A stretch of DNA of 64,000 bases from Pelagomonas calceolata (Eukaryota), in contig CAKKNE010000001.1 in NCBI GenBank assembly GCA_918797485.1, forward strand, positions 620,001-684,000. The letters run 5' to 3'. The notes beneath the pieces are model-generated. The model saw nothing but the letters and a program-made list of their open reading frames with translations, did no database searches and had not been told where the DNA came from. Positions 21,235-31,948 of the stretch are shown here, piece after piece (the first letter of the stretch is position 1; each line of letters starts with the position of its first letter). Both the position numbers and the translations under genes were made by a program.

Positions 21235-22934
21235 ATGGCTCCGCCTCAGAAAACGGACTACAACACCGTCGCCATCGAAGAAACAGGACAAGAAGAAGCC
21301 GCGAGCTACACAAATGAGGGCCGCTGGCTCGTCTGCAGCGAGGTCATCACCGTGGTGGCGGCACGCGCGTGGGAGTTCTCCGTCCCCTTAGCTCTCCTGG
21401 GCCCGCCGGGCCCGCACGCTTCATTAAGAGCACCGGCGGCGCTCGCCCTCGCCACGACGCTCGCGACGGCGACGCTAGCGCCGCGGACGGGCGCCTGGGC
21501 CGACCGGAGCGATAGGAGGAGGGCGTCGCGCGTCGCGCGCCTCGCGCAGATTTTGGGGACGGCGCTCGGTGTCCTCGGCGTGGCGTCGCTCGTCTACGAC
21601 GGGTCACGACAAAACTACGCAGCCTTAAGTCTCGTGCTCCTCGGCGGCGCCGTCGAGAGCGTCGCGGCCGTCGTCTCCAAGAACGCGCCGAAGAAGGACT
21701 GGGCGCCGGCGCTCTTCGACGGTCTGCGGCTCAGCGTCGTTGTCAAGGGACTTTCCGGGGGCATCGCGTCGACGGCGCGGGGGTGACGCCATCGCCGCGA
21801 CAGCGCGTCGCCTCGACGGCGCGAGCGTGACGCCATCGCCGCGACGGCGCTTACGCATGCATCGACGCAGGCGACGAACTGGTCGACGAGCTCTCGCGCA
21901 CGACGTCGGCGCTCGCCACGGCGGGCCAGGTCGCCGAGGTCGTCGGGCCGTTGCTGGGCGCGCTCTGCGTCTCCTGTTTAGGCCCTAGACGAGGCGCCTG
22001 CGCCGCCGGCGTTTTGAACATCGCGTCGTCGGCGCCGGCCCAGGCCGTTTTGGACTCTTTATATGCAAAGTGTTCGAAGCTAAGGACGCCGAGAGCCGTC
22101 CGCGAAGTCGTAGAGGAAGAAAAAGTCAACGCCTGGAAGCGCTGGGCCGCGCAGCCGTCCGGCACGTCCCTGATCACGCTGGCGTTCTGCTGTTTGTGGT
22201 TCACTGCTTTAGCCCCGCACGGCGCGGTCCTCACGGCCTTCCTGGCGACGCAGCGCGCGGACCCCGAGCTCATCGCGGTCTTCCGGATCTGCGGCGCTTT
22301 TTTTGGCTTTATTGGTATTGCCGTCTTCTCGCAATGCAGCCGCGTGTCCACTTCTGACGAAAGCGTGTCCGGCGCGCGGTCGGCGCGGCGCGTGTCTTCA
22401 TTAAGAATGGCGTCGTTGGGCGCTTTGCTGTTCCAGCTCACTTGTGCTTGCCTGGCGGTCTACGCGCTACGAGACGGCGACATGGTCCTCGTCTTCTGCG
22501 CGGCCGTGGCGTGTTCAAGGGCAGGATTATATGCGTTCGACGTGGGCTACGTCGAGCTCCAGCAACTGCTGGTGGACGAGAGAGATAGAGGCGCCTGCCA
22601 GGGCGTCGAGGCGGCGTTGTGCGGCGCCATGGAGCTCGGGCTGGCTTTGACTACTTTAGTGTTCTTTTCGGAACCTTCTTCCTTCGTGGAACTGGCGGAG
22701 CTCTCTTCACTATTTGTGTTGCTGGCCCTCGTCCTCTTCGCGGCGTGGCTCGCGCTGTACCGCATCTTCGACCACATCCACGCGGAGCGCGACCACGGCC
22801 ACGCGCACACGGCGCAGGATTTGAAAAGGTTGGCGGGCGACGGCCGCCACGTCCACGTCGCCTACGCGGGGGTCAAGGCGTGCGCCCGGTCGTCGCACGG
22901 GCACGCGCATCCGCACCCGCATCCCGTGCCCTAG
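21235..22934 (+). CDS. Ferroportin-like (SLC40) transporter with His-rich tail; intron 21722-21870
   Basis: ARAWEFSVPL, GAWADRSDR, SRAGLYAFD...LQQ, RGACQGVEAAL; splicing joins two ORFs. Confidence 0.85.
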
Positions 22935-23484
22935 GAGGGGTAAGTAGTGTACGCTAAATGACTTAGGTCATAGAGGAGAAGGGCAAGGGCAGGGCACGAG
23001 GGCCTACGGGATGCCGTTGCAAGTATACGTGTCGCCAGCATCCACCGTCACCGCCGTGCCGTAGCAAGTGAAGGTGACGTCAGATCCACCAGCAGCCTGC
23101 GTTTCGACTTCTTCCCGCGGGGGCGGGCAGGCGGGCGCAAGGACGCGGGTCGCGCACCTCGACGAATGCTTGGCCCGGCGTGCTCACCGTGATCTATGCG
23201 AGATGGGGCCGGCGGCGAAAAAAGTGCATCGTCAGGAAGGGGTCTAACGGGAAAATCCTCACCAGAAACCAGGAGCAGCCAGTTTGCAAAGACCCGAAAG
23301 CGGAGGACGTCGTCTTCAACTGCCCGAGCTACGACTTCTTACTGGATTTTTTCGTCAACCAAGATTGAAGGGCTCCGCAGAGCCGAGACGCCTCCCCCCG
23401 ATCCCAGGCGGTCCCCGTCCCAACTAACGACGACAAGGGCCTCCTCTGGCTCCCGCTTGGAGATCCACGCGTAAAAGTTTAACT

Positions 23485-25245
23485 TTAGATTAGGTCCCAC
23501 ACCGGCGAACTCTCGTCGGGCACCCGGTAGCCCGCGGGCGTCTCGGCCCTGCGCAGCGTCGACGCGTCGTGGGACGAGAAGGCGTTGCCCCCGTATCCTT
23601 TCAAAACCGCCTCGCGCCGCTTCTCGCGTACTGTATCAGACACCGCGTCCTTGCGCGCGCACGCCACGTACGCGACGAGCCTAGCTAGGGGCGGCTGCTC
23701 CGCCACGTTCCGAAGTTTTAACAAATTCGCCGGGTCCGACTTCGCGTCGAAGCCCGCCGAGCAGTGCACGACCCTTGAATCCCAGACCACTAAATCTCCC
23801 GCGGACAGGGGCGCGACCTGCACGGCGCGGTAGGCGCAGTAGTCCGCGTCCTTCTTGCCACTCATCCTGACGAAATTCCCCAGCGGGTTCCTTCCTCGAC
23901 AGTTCCGCTCGTAGTCGCGGTGCGAGCCGGGCAGGCAGACGAAGGAGCCCGTGTCATGATCAGCTTCGTACAACGTCACGAGACCCTGAAAACCTTTACG
24001 ATGGGGCGTCTTCCCGTAGAACTGGTCGATGTGGTACCACTTGCCGCGCGTCGCGACGCCCTCGCCATGAATGTGCGGGTTGAGCCACGCGCCGGCCCCG
24101 TCGAAGGACACGCTCAATTCATTTGAATCTAACACGGTGGCCCAGGCCTTCCGTACACCTTGCGCGCACCTAACCCCCCACATGAATGGCGACTGGGCGA
24201 TGCCCTGCTTGGCCACAATCCCGGTGTCGCCCCAGCCCATCTTACCGAGGTCGGCGTGCGTCTTCGGGTCACTTCGTTTCAGGCCCGGCGACGCCGTCTC
24301 GGCCCAGTCCCAGAACTTAGCTTCGGACGTCTTTATTTCATCTTTTGATAATACGTTGCGGAAGACGACGACGCCGTGGCGCTCCATGAGTTCTCCGCAG
24401 CGTTGAGTGTCTCCAATAGCACAGACGGGCAGCTCCTTCATGCAAGGCTGCCTCCTCAACCGTCGCGCCGCCAGGGCGTCGATGCAGTCCCAGGCCACGC
24501 GCGCCGCTCGTCGCGCGTCCAACCGGTCGTCCTCCCTCTTTATTGCTGATTGTAACTCCGACCCCGTCAGGACTCGTGGGTCCGAGACCCAGGCCGCGAA
24601 CGTACGCAACTCCTCCAAGGGCGTGACTTCGGACGCGTCCTCGTCGTCCGGTGGCACGAAGCCTCGAGCGTCGAAATCATAGTACGACGCGCAAAGAGCT
24701 TTGACGTCTTCGTCGAAGTAGACCTCGTCGACGCGCCACCGGATGCCTTCGTCCTCAAACACTTTACCTTCCAATGCTAATTCTGCTTCATTGGCTTCCG
24801 TTCGCGGGGGAGCAGGAGTGACGGCCACCGTGCACCCGGAGAGCTTCCACTTGACGAGCTGCGACCTATCTTTATCCTGGGTCTTGCGCTTCTTCGGCGG
24901 CGTCACGGGCCCGGTCTGGAGGATGGCTCTCCGGGCCGCGGGGGCGCTTCGATGCGCTTTGCCGGTCGGATCGACGTAGTATACCCTATCACCTCTATTC
25001 GGGCCGTCCTTGCGCTTTTCTGTCGTCCAATCTTTGAGGATGGAGGGGTCGGCCTTCTGGGCCACGAGTTCGTCGTGGAGGCGCTTTAATGAGGGGTCGA
25101 GGCGCAGCGGTTGTTGGGTCTTCGGCGCAGGCGGTGGCGGCGGCGTGGGCGTGGGCGCCGGCGCCGGCGCGGACGCGGGCGCGCCGCCCCAGAATGGACC
25201 CGGCGTGTTGTGCGCGGCGAGGCTCCTCGGCATTTGGCTTGCCAT
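23485..25245 (-). CDS. MBD-like domain + SH3/Tudor-like segment + PhyH-family 2OG-Fe(II) dioxygenase
   Basis: WTTEKRKDG...RVYYVDPTGKAHRS (MBD-like); HIDQ, FQGLVTL, LPGSH and GDLVVWDSRVVH (PhyH). Confidence 0.8.
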   Translation of the reverse strand: MASQMPRSLAAHNTPGPFWGGAPASAPAPAPTPTPPPPPAPKTQQPLRLDPSLKRLHDELVAQKADPSILKDWTTEKRKDGPNRGDRVYYVDPTGKAHRSAPAARRAILQTGPVTPPKKRKTQDKDRSQLVKWKLSGCTVAVTPAPPRTEANEAELALEGKVFEDEGIRWRVDEVYFDEDVKALCASYYDFDARGFVPPDDEDASEVTPLEELRTFAAWVSDPRVLTGSELQSAIKREDDRLDARRAARVAWDCIDALAARRLRRQPCMKELPVCAIGDTQRCGELMERHGVVVFRNVLSKDEIKTSEAKFWDWAETASPGLKRSDPKTHADLGKMGWGDTGIVAKQGIAQSPFMWGVRCAQGVRKAWATVLDSNELSVSFDGAGAWLNPHIHGEGVATRGKWYHIDQFYGKTPHRKGFQGLVTLYEADHDTGSFVCLPGSHRDYERNCRGRNPLGNFVRMSGKKDADYCAYRAVQVAPLSAGDLVVWDSRVVHCSAGFDAKSDPANLLKLRNVAEQPPLARLVAYVACARKDAVSDTVREKRREAVLKGYGGNAFSSHDASTLRRAETPAGYRVPDESSPVWDLI

Positions 25246-25662
25246 GGCTCCTGTATGCAGGGAGCCTTGCTCTTTGCTGTCCGCCCTTTCTTTTCCCAGA
25301 CAAGGAACGCTGGGCTGCGAAAGTAGTTCTCGTGTAATTCTCGTGCAGAAAGAATGCCTTTTTTCACTGCTGCGGAGAGGACAAACGTGACTTAAAAGAG
25401 AGCTTGGAGCTAGTTCATAGACTTACTAGCAAGCATCAATTTTTCCCTGGGTGTGCTTACGGCGCGTGAGTGCTCACAGAGAAGCTGGAGGTTATTTTAT
25501 TATCGCATCTAAAGCGCTTCGCGGCGGAGCCGCAGATCTCTACCCGCTTGGAACCAAGGTTGCTAAATTACAAAATTTGAGTACAAAACGGTTCGCGTGC
25601 CGCGGCGCCGTGCGTGGCATCCCGCGCGCGGTTTGACATCAGCCGAGTCGTCGCATTGAACC

Positions 25663-26508
25663 ATGGGCGCCTGCTCCTCAAAAAGCGCCGTCAAGAAAGC
25701 GCCGAGCGACGACTCGTCGACGCCTGTGTGCATAAATCAAAATTTCACGGCGCCTTCGTGCTGAATCGTCGCGTAGACATCCACGCCATCGACGTGAAGC
25801 CTGCTCGATAGCGTGCGGTGCCTGTTCTGTTCCTCACGTGCGCTCGACGGAGTCAGCACGACGGCCGCATGAGCACCCGACTTGAGCACTGATTGATTTG
25901 CGCACAGGTCGACGGACCGTGAAAGCCTCTTCACCGCGGTGGAAACGGACAACACCCACCAAATCGCGAAACTCTTGAAGCGCGGCATCGACGTCGACGC
26001 GCGGGATGAAAATGAGTACACGGCGCTGCTCCTCGCCGCGGAGACGGGCGCCACGAAATCCGTCGGGACGCTCCTAAAGGCCGGCGCGGACCGCGACGCG
26101 CGCGACAGCTTCGGGCGGAGCGCCGTCTACGCCGCGGCCGTCGGCGGCAAGGACGCGGCCGTCGCGAAACTGCTCGAGGCCGGCGCGTCACCGAGGAACG
26201 CGGACCGCGACGGCCGCGGCCCCTTCTGGGCCGCCTGCGCGACGCGCGACACCAAAATTGCGGCGCGCCTGTTGCAGGCGGGCGCGGACGTCGACGAGCA
26301 GGACAACAACGGCGTCACGGCGCTGAGGTACGCCGTCGCCCACGGCAACGCCGACGTCGCGGAGTTCCTGCGCGCGCACGGCGCGGCGGAAGTCGACGGC
26401 GGACGGTTGTCCATGTCTCCTGCTGTGGGCGAGGAGGTCCCCGAGACGTTCACGAACCCGTCGCCGCGGAGCGCCGGCGAGGCGTCGGCCGGCGCCGCCT
26501 CGCTGTAG
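25663..26508 (+). CDS. Ankyrin-repeat protein with MGAC dual-acylation-type N-terminus; intron 25716-25907
   Basis: MGACSSK; four ankyrin repeats (e.g. GADVDEQDNNGVTALRYAVAHG). Confidence 0.85.
25724..25907 (+). mobile_element. Introner family A copy (TIR + 8-bp TSD)
   Basis: GTCGACGC|CTGTGTGCATAAATCAA...TTGATTTGCGCACAG|GTCGACGG. Confidence 0.85.
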
Positions 26509-26522
26509 TAATGCTATAATTT

Positions 26523-27755
26523 TTACTCACTCTTCACAAGATCCTTGTCGAACCACAGGTTCCAGGGCAGGTCGCGATATCGCATAACAACGACATCGTG
26601 AAGCAGGCTGTCGAGCGCCACGAGGACGAACTCGTGCTGCTTTGCGGTCTTTCGCCACGCCGGTGTCACGGAAGAAAGAGCGACTTCCGACACCGCGACC
26701 AGGGTTGAGATGGTCCCCGCGATGGCGTCGCGACCGGGCGGCGCGGAGTGTGTGATGATGCTCCGTATCGTGTCAATTTTCTCCTGCGCGAGAACACCCC
26801 CAAGACGCTCCATGTCCAGGGCCCGATCCATGTGAACGCGCCGCGCCGCCCAGAGCGGCGCCACGAGCCGCCTACACCGTGTCGTCGCCGTCGCGAAGGC
26901 CACTTGATCGCGCCACGTCCAATACGGCAACAGGTGCTTGCGCTGGACGTCGTCCGGAACGCGCCTAAAGTTCTCAAACGCGCACGCCCGCTTCGTCCAA
27001 ATTATGAGTGCGGACCGCGCGCCGCGCGTCAACTCTCTGGCGCCGTGCTGGACTCCGCCGCCGTGGATCACTAGGGCGCCGCGGCGCGGCGTCACCTTCA
27101 AGGCCGGAACCTCGATCGCGTATCGATTTATTATGAACGTGAAGCCGTAGAGGAGTTGCGGGTAGCCCGCGAGGAGCGCGGAGACGCTTCTAATAACTTT
27201 GGGCGTGCCGATCTGCGCGGTCTTATAGGACTTCATGATACGCAGGAACTCATTATAGATCTCGGGCTCGTCGCGGGACTCGGCCTTGACCTGGTCGAGG
27301 TAGCGGAGGGCGTCTTCTTTATCTGCCTCCTTTCTCAATTGCGGCGCACTCGGAAACACCCGGACCATCAATTCTCCGCCCTCATACTCGTCATCCGGCG
27401 TGAGCGGGCAATTGATCGTGACATCACTGCCTGGGTCAACATGCTCGGCGTGCGACGAGCACTCGTGAGCGGCATCATAAGATATGACAAAGGCCTTGTG
27501 CCGCTCCAGACGGCACCACCGCGGCACGAACGCGCTGTCCTTCATCGCTGTCAGAATGCGGGCGACGCCATTGTCCACGAGCGCCCGCCCGGCGGCGTCG
27601 AAGTCCTCGTAGGCGACGTGGCGCGTGTCGTCGTCGTCGCGGCAGCGTCGGACCGCCTCCCGCAGACCGGCATACCAAGCGCTGTCCTCGTCCGTGTCGA
27701 GCCATTCGCCCGCGTCGACTCTGCAGGTGCCGCTGATGAGCTTGCGGAAGCGCAT
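26523..27755 (-). CDS. 2OG-Fe(II) oxygenase with inserted Sin3-type PAH domain and F-box-like motif
   Basis: HVD..SDVTINCPL...YEGGEL / PAH DALRYLDQVK...YNEFLRIMKSYK...LLYGF / HGARELTRGAR; VPDDVQRKHLLPY F-box-like; start uncertain. Confidence 0.75.
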   Translation of the reverse strand: MRFRKLISGTCRVDAGEWLDTDEDSAWYAGLREAVRRCRDDDDTRHVAYEDFDAAGRALVDNGVARILTAMKDSAFVPRWCRLERHKAFVISYDAAHECSSHAEHVDPGSDVTINCPLTPDDEYEGGELMVRVFPSAPQLRKEADKEDALRYLDQVKAESRDEPEIYNEFLRIMKSYKTAQIGTPKVIRSVSALLAGYPQLLYGFTFIINRYAIEVPALKVTPRRGALVIHGGGVQHGARELTRGARSALIIWTKRACAFENFRRVPDDVQRKHLLPYWTWRDQVAFATATTRCRRLVAPLWAARRVHMDRALDMERLGGVLAQEKIDTIRSIITHSAPPGRDAIAGTISTLVAVSEVALSSVTPAWRKTAKQHEFVLVALDSLLHDVVVMRYRDLPWNLWFDKDLVKSE

Positions 27756-27886
27756 GATCCAAGCTCTCCTGAAATCGATCACAATTTCCAAAAACTGTTC
27801 AGCGAGCTAAACGCATCGGTCGAATCTCACGTGAATTGCCCAGCAAGCTGCAGACGAGCGTCTTGGGCTTCGCGCGCGCGAGCGGA

Positions 27887-27911
27887 AGCTAGCGGCATGT
27901 AAGACACTAGC
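27887..27911 (+). promoter_or_regulatory. Paired-CTAG upstream motif (divergent promoter)
   Basis: AGCTAGCGGCATGTAAGACACTAGC. Confidence 0.7.
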
Positions 27912-28082
27912 ACGAGGGCAGGCAACCTCCTTTCCGGCGCAGATCTGCAATACAAGGGCCATAGGGATACAGCTGTCACGTGAAAGCAGCTGTCCGAGAG
28001 CCCAGCTAGGCCGTCGCGCGAGTAATTGCTTCATCACTCGTGCCCCAACATCTCAAAGTAGACGACCTGCCAAAAAACAGCC

Positions 28083-29684
28083 ATGCGCCGCCGCGCCGGC
28101 ACGAACGCAAGACGCGCGGTGGCCGAGTGGCGCCTCCGCTGCGGCCGCCGCGCACCTCAGCCATTCGGCAAGCAAACGCGCCTGCAAAATGCGACTGCGC
28201 TATCAAAACGCCGCGCCGCACTAAAAACAGACGTGGTAGAAAGAGCCTTACGGCGCCCAACACCACAACACATTGAGGCCGACCGAGCCAAGCTCTGGCA
28301 CCCCTACGCCGCGACGCCCGGCGCGCCGTGCCTGCCCGTGCGTTCAGCAGAGGGCGTCCGCCTCGAGCTCGAGGACGGGACTCAATTAATAGACGGCATG
28401 TCGAGCTGGTGGGCCGCCGTGCACGGTTATAGGGTCCCCGAGCTCGACCGCGCCGTCGCGGACCAGCTCTCAAGCGTGGCGCACGTGATGTTCGGGGGGC
28501 TCACTCACCGGTTGATCTCGGCGTTTTGAAGTGTTGCGGTGCCTTCACGCCATCGACGCGACTCGTGTCCATCTCACGATGACGTGGGTGGTTTCTTTTT
28601 CGATTTTGAGCCAATTCATTCGTGTCGAGACCGCGATTCGCGCAGGCCGGCCGTCGCGCTCGGCGAGCTGCTGGTGAGGTGCACGCCGCCTGGTTTGGAT
28701 CGTGTGTTCCTGGCGGATTCCGGATCTGTAGCGGTAGAAGTTGCACTGAAGATGGCCGCGCAGTATTGGAGGGGACGCGGGCGGCCGGAGAAATGTAGAT
28801 TTGTGGCGTTAAGGGGCGGCTACCACGGCGACACGCTGGGCGCCATGAGCGTGAGCGACCCGGCGACGGGGCGCCACGAGGCCTTTGCGACGATCCCGCG
28901 TCATCATTTCGTGGCGCGGCCGCCGAGCCGCGGCGCGGACTTTACGAAAGCGATTGAAAGTCTCGCGGAAGTACTGGCAAGAGATGACGTCGCGGCCTTA
29001 ATACTGGAGCCGCTCGTGCAAGGTGCCGGCGGCATGCACTTTTATGATCCCGGTTATTTACAACAAGCACGTCAATTGTGCGACGACCACGACGTCCTAC
29101 TCATCTGCGACGAGATCGCGACGGGGTTTGGGCGGACGGGCCACTGGTTCGCCTGCGACGAGGCCCGCATCGCGCCGGACATTTTGTGCGTCGGCAAAGC
29201 CTTGACGGGCGGCTACGTGACCATGGGCGCGACGCTCGCGACGGAAAAGGTGGCATCCCACGTCTGCGCGGCGCCGCCCGGCTCCCAAGATGATGCATTA
29301 CCGCTCATGCACGGTCCCACGTTCATGGGCAACCCCCTCGCGTGTGCTGTTGCGCTGGCGTCAGTGTCGAAGCTCTTAAAGGGCGGCTGGTGGCGGCGCC
29401 GCGTGCGCGCCATCGAGGGGCAATTGTGCGCGGGGCTGAACCCCTGCGTTGGGCTTGATACGGTGGCTGACGTGCGCGTGAAAGGAGCCATCGGCGTCGT
29501 GGAAATGAAAGCACCCTTGGACGCGGCGAAGGTCGCGGCCGCGTGCCCCGCGCTGGGCGTCTGGCTCCGGCCCTTCGGGACGCGGCTCTACACGATGCCG
29601 CCCTTCGCCTGCACCGCGCGGGACGTCGCGCGGATCTGCGAGGCCGTGTGTTTTGTTGCGGCGAACGCGGGGGACTACCACTAA
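28083..29684 (+). CDS. bioA: Adenosylmethionine-8-amino-7-oxononanoate aminotransferase; intron 28511-28645
   Basis: LWHPY, IDGMSSWWAAVHGY, HVMFGGLTH, DSGSVAVEVALKMA, DEIATGFGRTG, GKALTGGY, HGPTFMGNP. Confidence 0.95.
28511..28645 (+). mobile_element. Introner family B intron (bioA)
   Basis: CACGCCATCGACGCGACTCGTGTCCATC and GTGGGTGGTTTCTTTTTCGATTTTGAGCC blocks. Confidence 0.75.
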
Positions 29685-29714
29685 TTTATTTGTTTGTTAC
29701 TCACCAGTACATAC

Positions 29715-29776
29715 GTCGCGCGTTGTCGGGCGCGCGAGGGGGCGAACCCCCCCGCGCGCCGTCACGAGTGCACGAC
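29715..29776 (-). promoter_or_regulatory. SECIS-like stem-loop
   Basis: GUCGUGC-ACUC-GUGAC-[14-bp stem, UUCG loop]-CGAC-AAC-GCGCGAC: helix I, internal loop, UGAN/NGAN core, helix II; lacks the apical AA. Confidence 0.5.
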
Positions 29777-30637
29777 GTCGGCGAGCTCGAGGACGAGGGT
29801 GTGGCTCCCGTTTCCGAGGGACGCGCCGTGGCGCCCCTGCAGTACCCTCCCGTGCGTGCCGTCCCAGCGGCGGCGGACGCGGGCCTCGCCGTCGACGACG
29901 AGGCGCGACGGCACGCGGCCCACGCCCAGGTCGCGGATCGCCCTTTCATCCAACCAATAGTGCTCGAGGTGGGGCCAGCGCTTCGCCGCCGCCACGGCCC
30001 GGGCCGGCGACGGGTCGACGCAGCAGGCCGCGCACCTTATGGCCTTCTCGGCGAAGCCGTACGCTTGCGACACGCTCGCATCCTCCAACATCGCGGCGAG
30101 CGCGTCGAGCTCGTCGAGCGTCTCGCCCGCCTTGACCCGCGATCACGCGTCGACGGCGACGAGCGGCGGGATCCGCCGCGGGCCGTCCAGCGCGTGGAAT
30201 TCCAGTACCAAACACTGCGTCGGCGGGCGCAGCAGCTCCCAGAGCCTCGTCGTGCCGCCCTGGCCGACGGGGCCCCGCAGCGTCGCGTTCGGGAGCTGCG
30301 CGCTCTTGTCTCGCAGGGGCTTTGGCGGTGGCCGCGGCTTGTTCGTCGCGTCCTCCGGCGTCCCGGTCGGTGGAGGCGGCGGTTCTGGCACCGCCTGCAG
30401 CGCATCTGGCGCGGCCGTCTCGGCCGGCGGCGTCGGCGGCGGCGGCTCGACGGGAGGCGGCGGCGATTGCGAGGGCGGTGGCGCGTCGGTAGGCGGCGGA
30501 GGTGATTGCGGCTCAGCCAGCGGCGGCGGCGCTGAAAGGGCTGCCTCCTCGCGCTTCTGCCGCTGGCGCCGCGCCACCTTCTTCCACGCGCGCAGGCACA
30601 GGGCGACGTCGATGACGAGGCGCAGCTCCTTGGCCAT
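29762..30637 (-). CDS. Redoxin/thioredoxin-like protein with in-frame TGA at 30143-30145 (candidate selenoprotein)
   Basis: ORFs 30143-30754 and 29762-30091 share one frame, separated by a single TGA; TlpA-like LVLEF...ETLDELDAL...LGVGRVPSRLVVDGEARVRRRWDG. Confidence 0.6.
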
Positions 30638-31015
30638 GGCACTACCTACACTGGCAGTCAAGCATGGATGCGGCAGCGTGCTTAGTCCATGGGGCCTGGC
30701 CCAGGTTCTACTCAAGTTGGGGCAGCCAACGACTCCCGCTCTGTCGGCCAGCAACGGATTCGAGTTGGATTATTTTTTCAGGCTAGCGTGACATACTAGG
30801 CATCTCGATGCACGCCTTTTTTTGGCGCATCCAAGCGCGTTGAGGCTCGTCGCGACGGCTAACTTTGTTCTGTGCTTGTTTTCTCGATCTCTGCGCGCTG
30901 TGCTCCGCCTTCGTCGTGAGGCCGTCGCCTAACAGCCAACAAAAAGCTCTTGGATCTTTGGGCTGCAGCACGCGCGCGGAAAGGACGCGCGCGGCTGGAC
31001 AAAAGGAACAAAGCC

Positions 31016-31876
31016 ATGCGGCGCTCTCTAGCCGTGCTGGCGCTCTGCGTCGTCGAAGCGCTCCGACCGTCTCCACCATTGACGCGCCGCCAAAGCACGA
31101 ACAGCCCGGACCTAGAAGAAGAAGCCCGCATCCGCGCGAAGCTCGAGGACCACGCGGCCCAGCAGCGCGGCCGCCACGCGAAGAAAAAACTAAGCCCGGC
31201 AGCCCAGCGCCGCCGGGCGAAGCGCGGCGCGTCCTTCGAGGCGGCCCAAGATATTGGAAGAGAACTCGCCGAGCAATTGAGGGATAAGAAAACGTTGGAT
31301 AATGAGGCAAGGGAGCTGCTCCAGGATTTAGTATCGACGACGTCGGGCGCGCGCGGCTGGTTCGTGTCCCTGCTCACGGACGACGACCTCGCGCAACTGT
31401 TCGTGCCACCGATCGATGATGCTTTGTTAGAACCCATCGCCGCGCGGCCCGAGCCGAACTTGCGGTTATGTGTGATGAACGTGGCCATGAGCGCGGCGAC
31501 GGCGGTGGCGCACGAGCGCGACGGGCATCGGGACCTGGCCGCGGCGTCGCGGGCGACGTCGTTACGATCGGCGGCTTTGTGTACCGCGCTTTTGGAAAGA
31601 GACATGATGGCGGGTCTGGCCGAGGCGCTGCGCGCGTTGTACGAGGCCGCGGCGCCGCGCGACGACGACTTGGGGGAGCTGGGCGAGATTCTCGGGCTGT
31701 CGTCGGACGCGGCGCCGTCTCACGTGGACGAGGACTGGGCCGCGTTCCTCGACAAGTGGCGCTACGGCCCGGACCAGCGCGCGGCGATCCGGCGGACGTT
31801 GTATGAGAACTGGGCGCCGATCGTCCGGAGGGAGGTCTCCTCGGTCGCCGCCGCCCCTGAGGACGAGCCTGAGTAA
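31016..31876 (+). CDS. Signal-peptide-bearing (probably plastid) conserved hypothetical protein
   Basis: MRRSLAVLALCVVEALRP; GARGWFVSLLT and NVAMSAATAVAH resemble a cyanobacterial/algal hypothetical family (from memory). Confidence 0.65.
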   Translation: MRRSLAVLALCVVEALRPSPPLTRRQSTNSPDLEEEARIRAKLEDHAAQQRGRHAKKKLSPAAQRRRAKRGASFEAAQDIGRELAEQLRDKKTLDNEARELLQDLVSTTSGARGWFVSLLTDDDLAQLFVPPIDDALLEPIAARPEPNLRLCVMNVAMSAATAVAHERDGHRDLAAASRATSLRSAALCTALLERDMMAGLAEALRALYEAAAPRDDDLGELGEILGLSSDAAPSHVDEDWAAFLDKWRYGPDQRAAIRRTLYENWAPIVRREVSSVAAAPEDEPE

Positions 31877-31948
31877 CAACTACTCCATAGATCGAGGACG
31901 GAGGACACGCAATGGCCCACATCACAGCGCTATGGCATGGAGTACAGA

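Noticed and set aside
22935..23475. Possible small gene between the ferroportin-like and MBD-dioxygenase genes
   Set aside because: Only short ORFs, no recognisable motif and no promoter element
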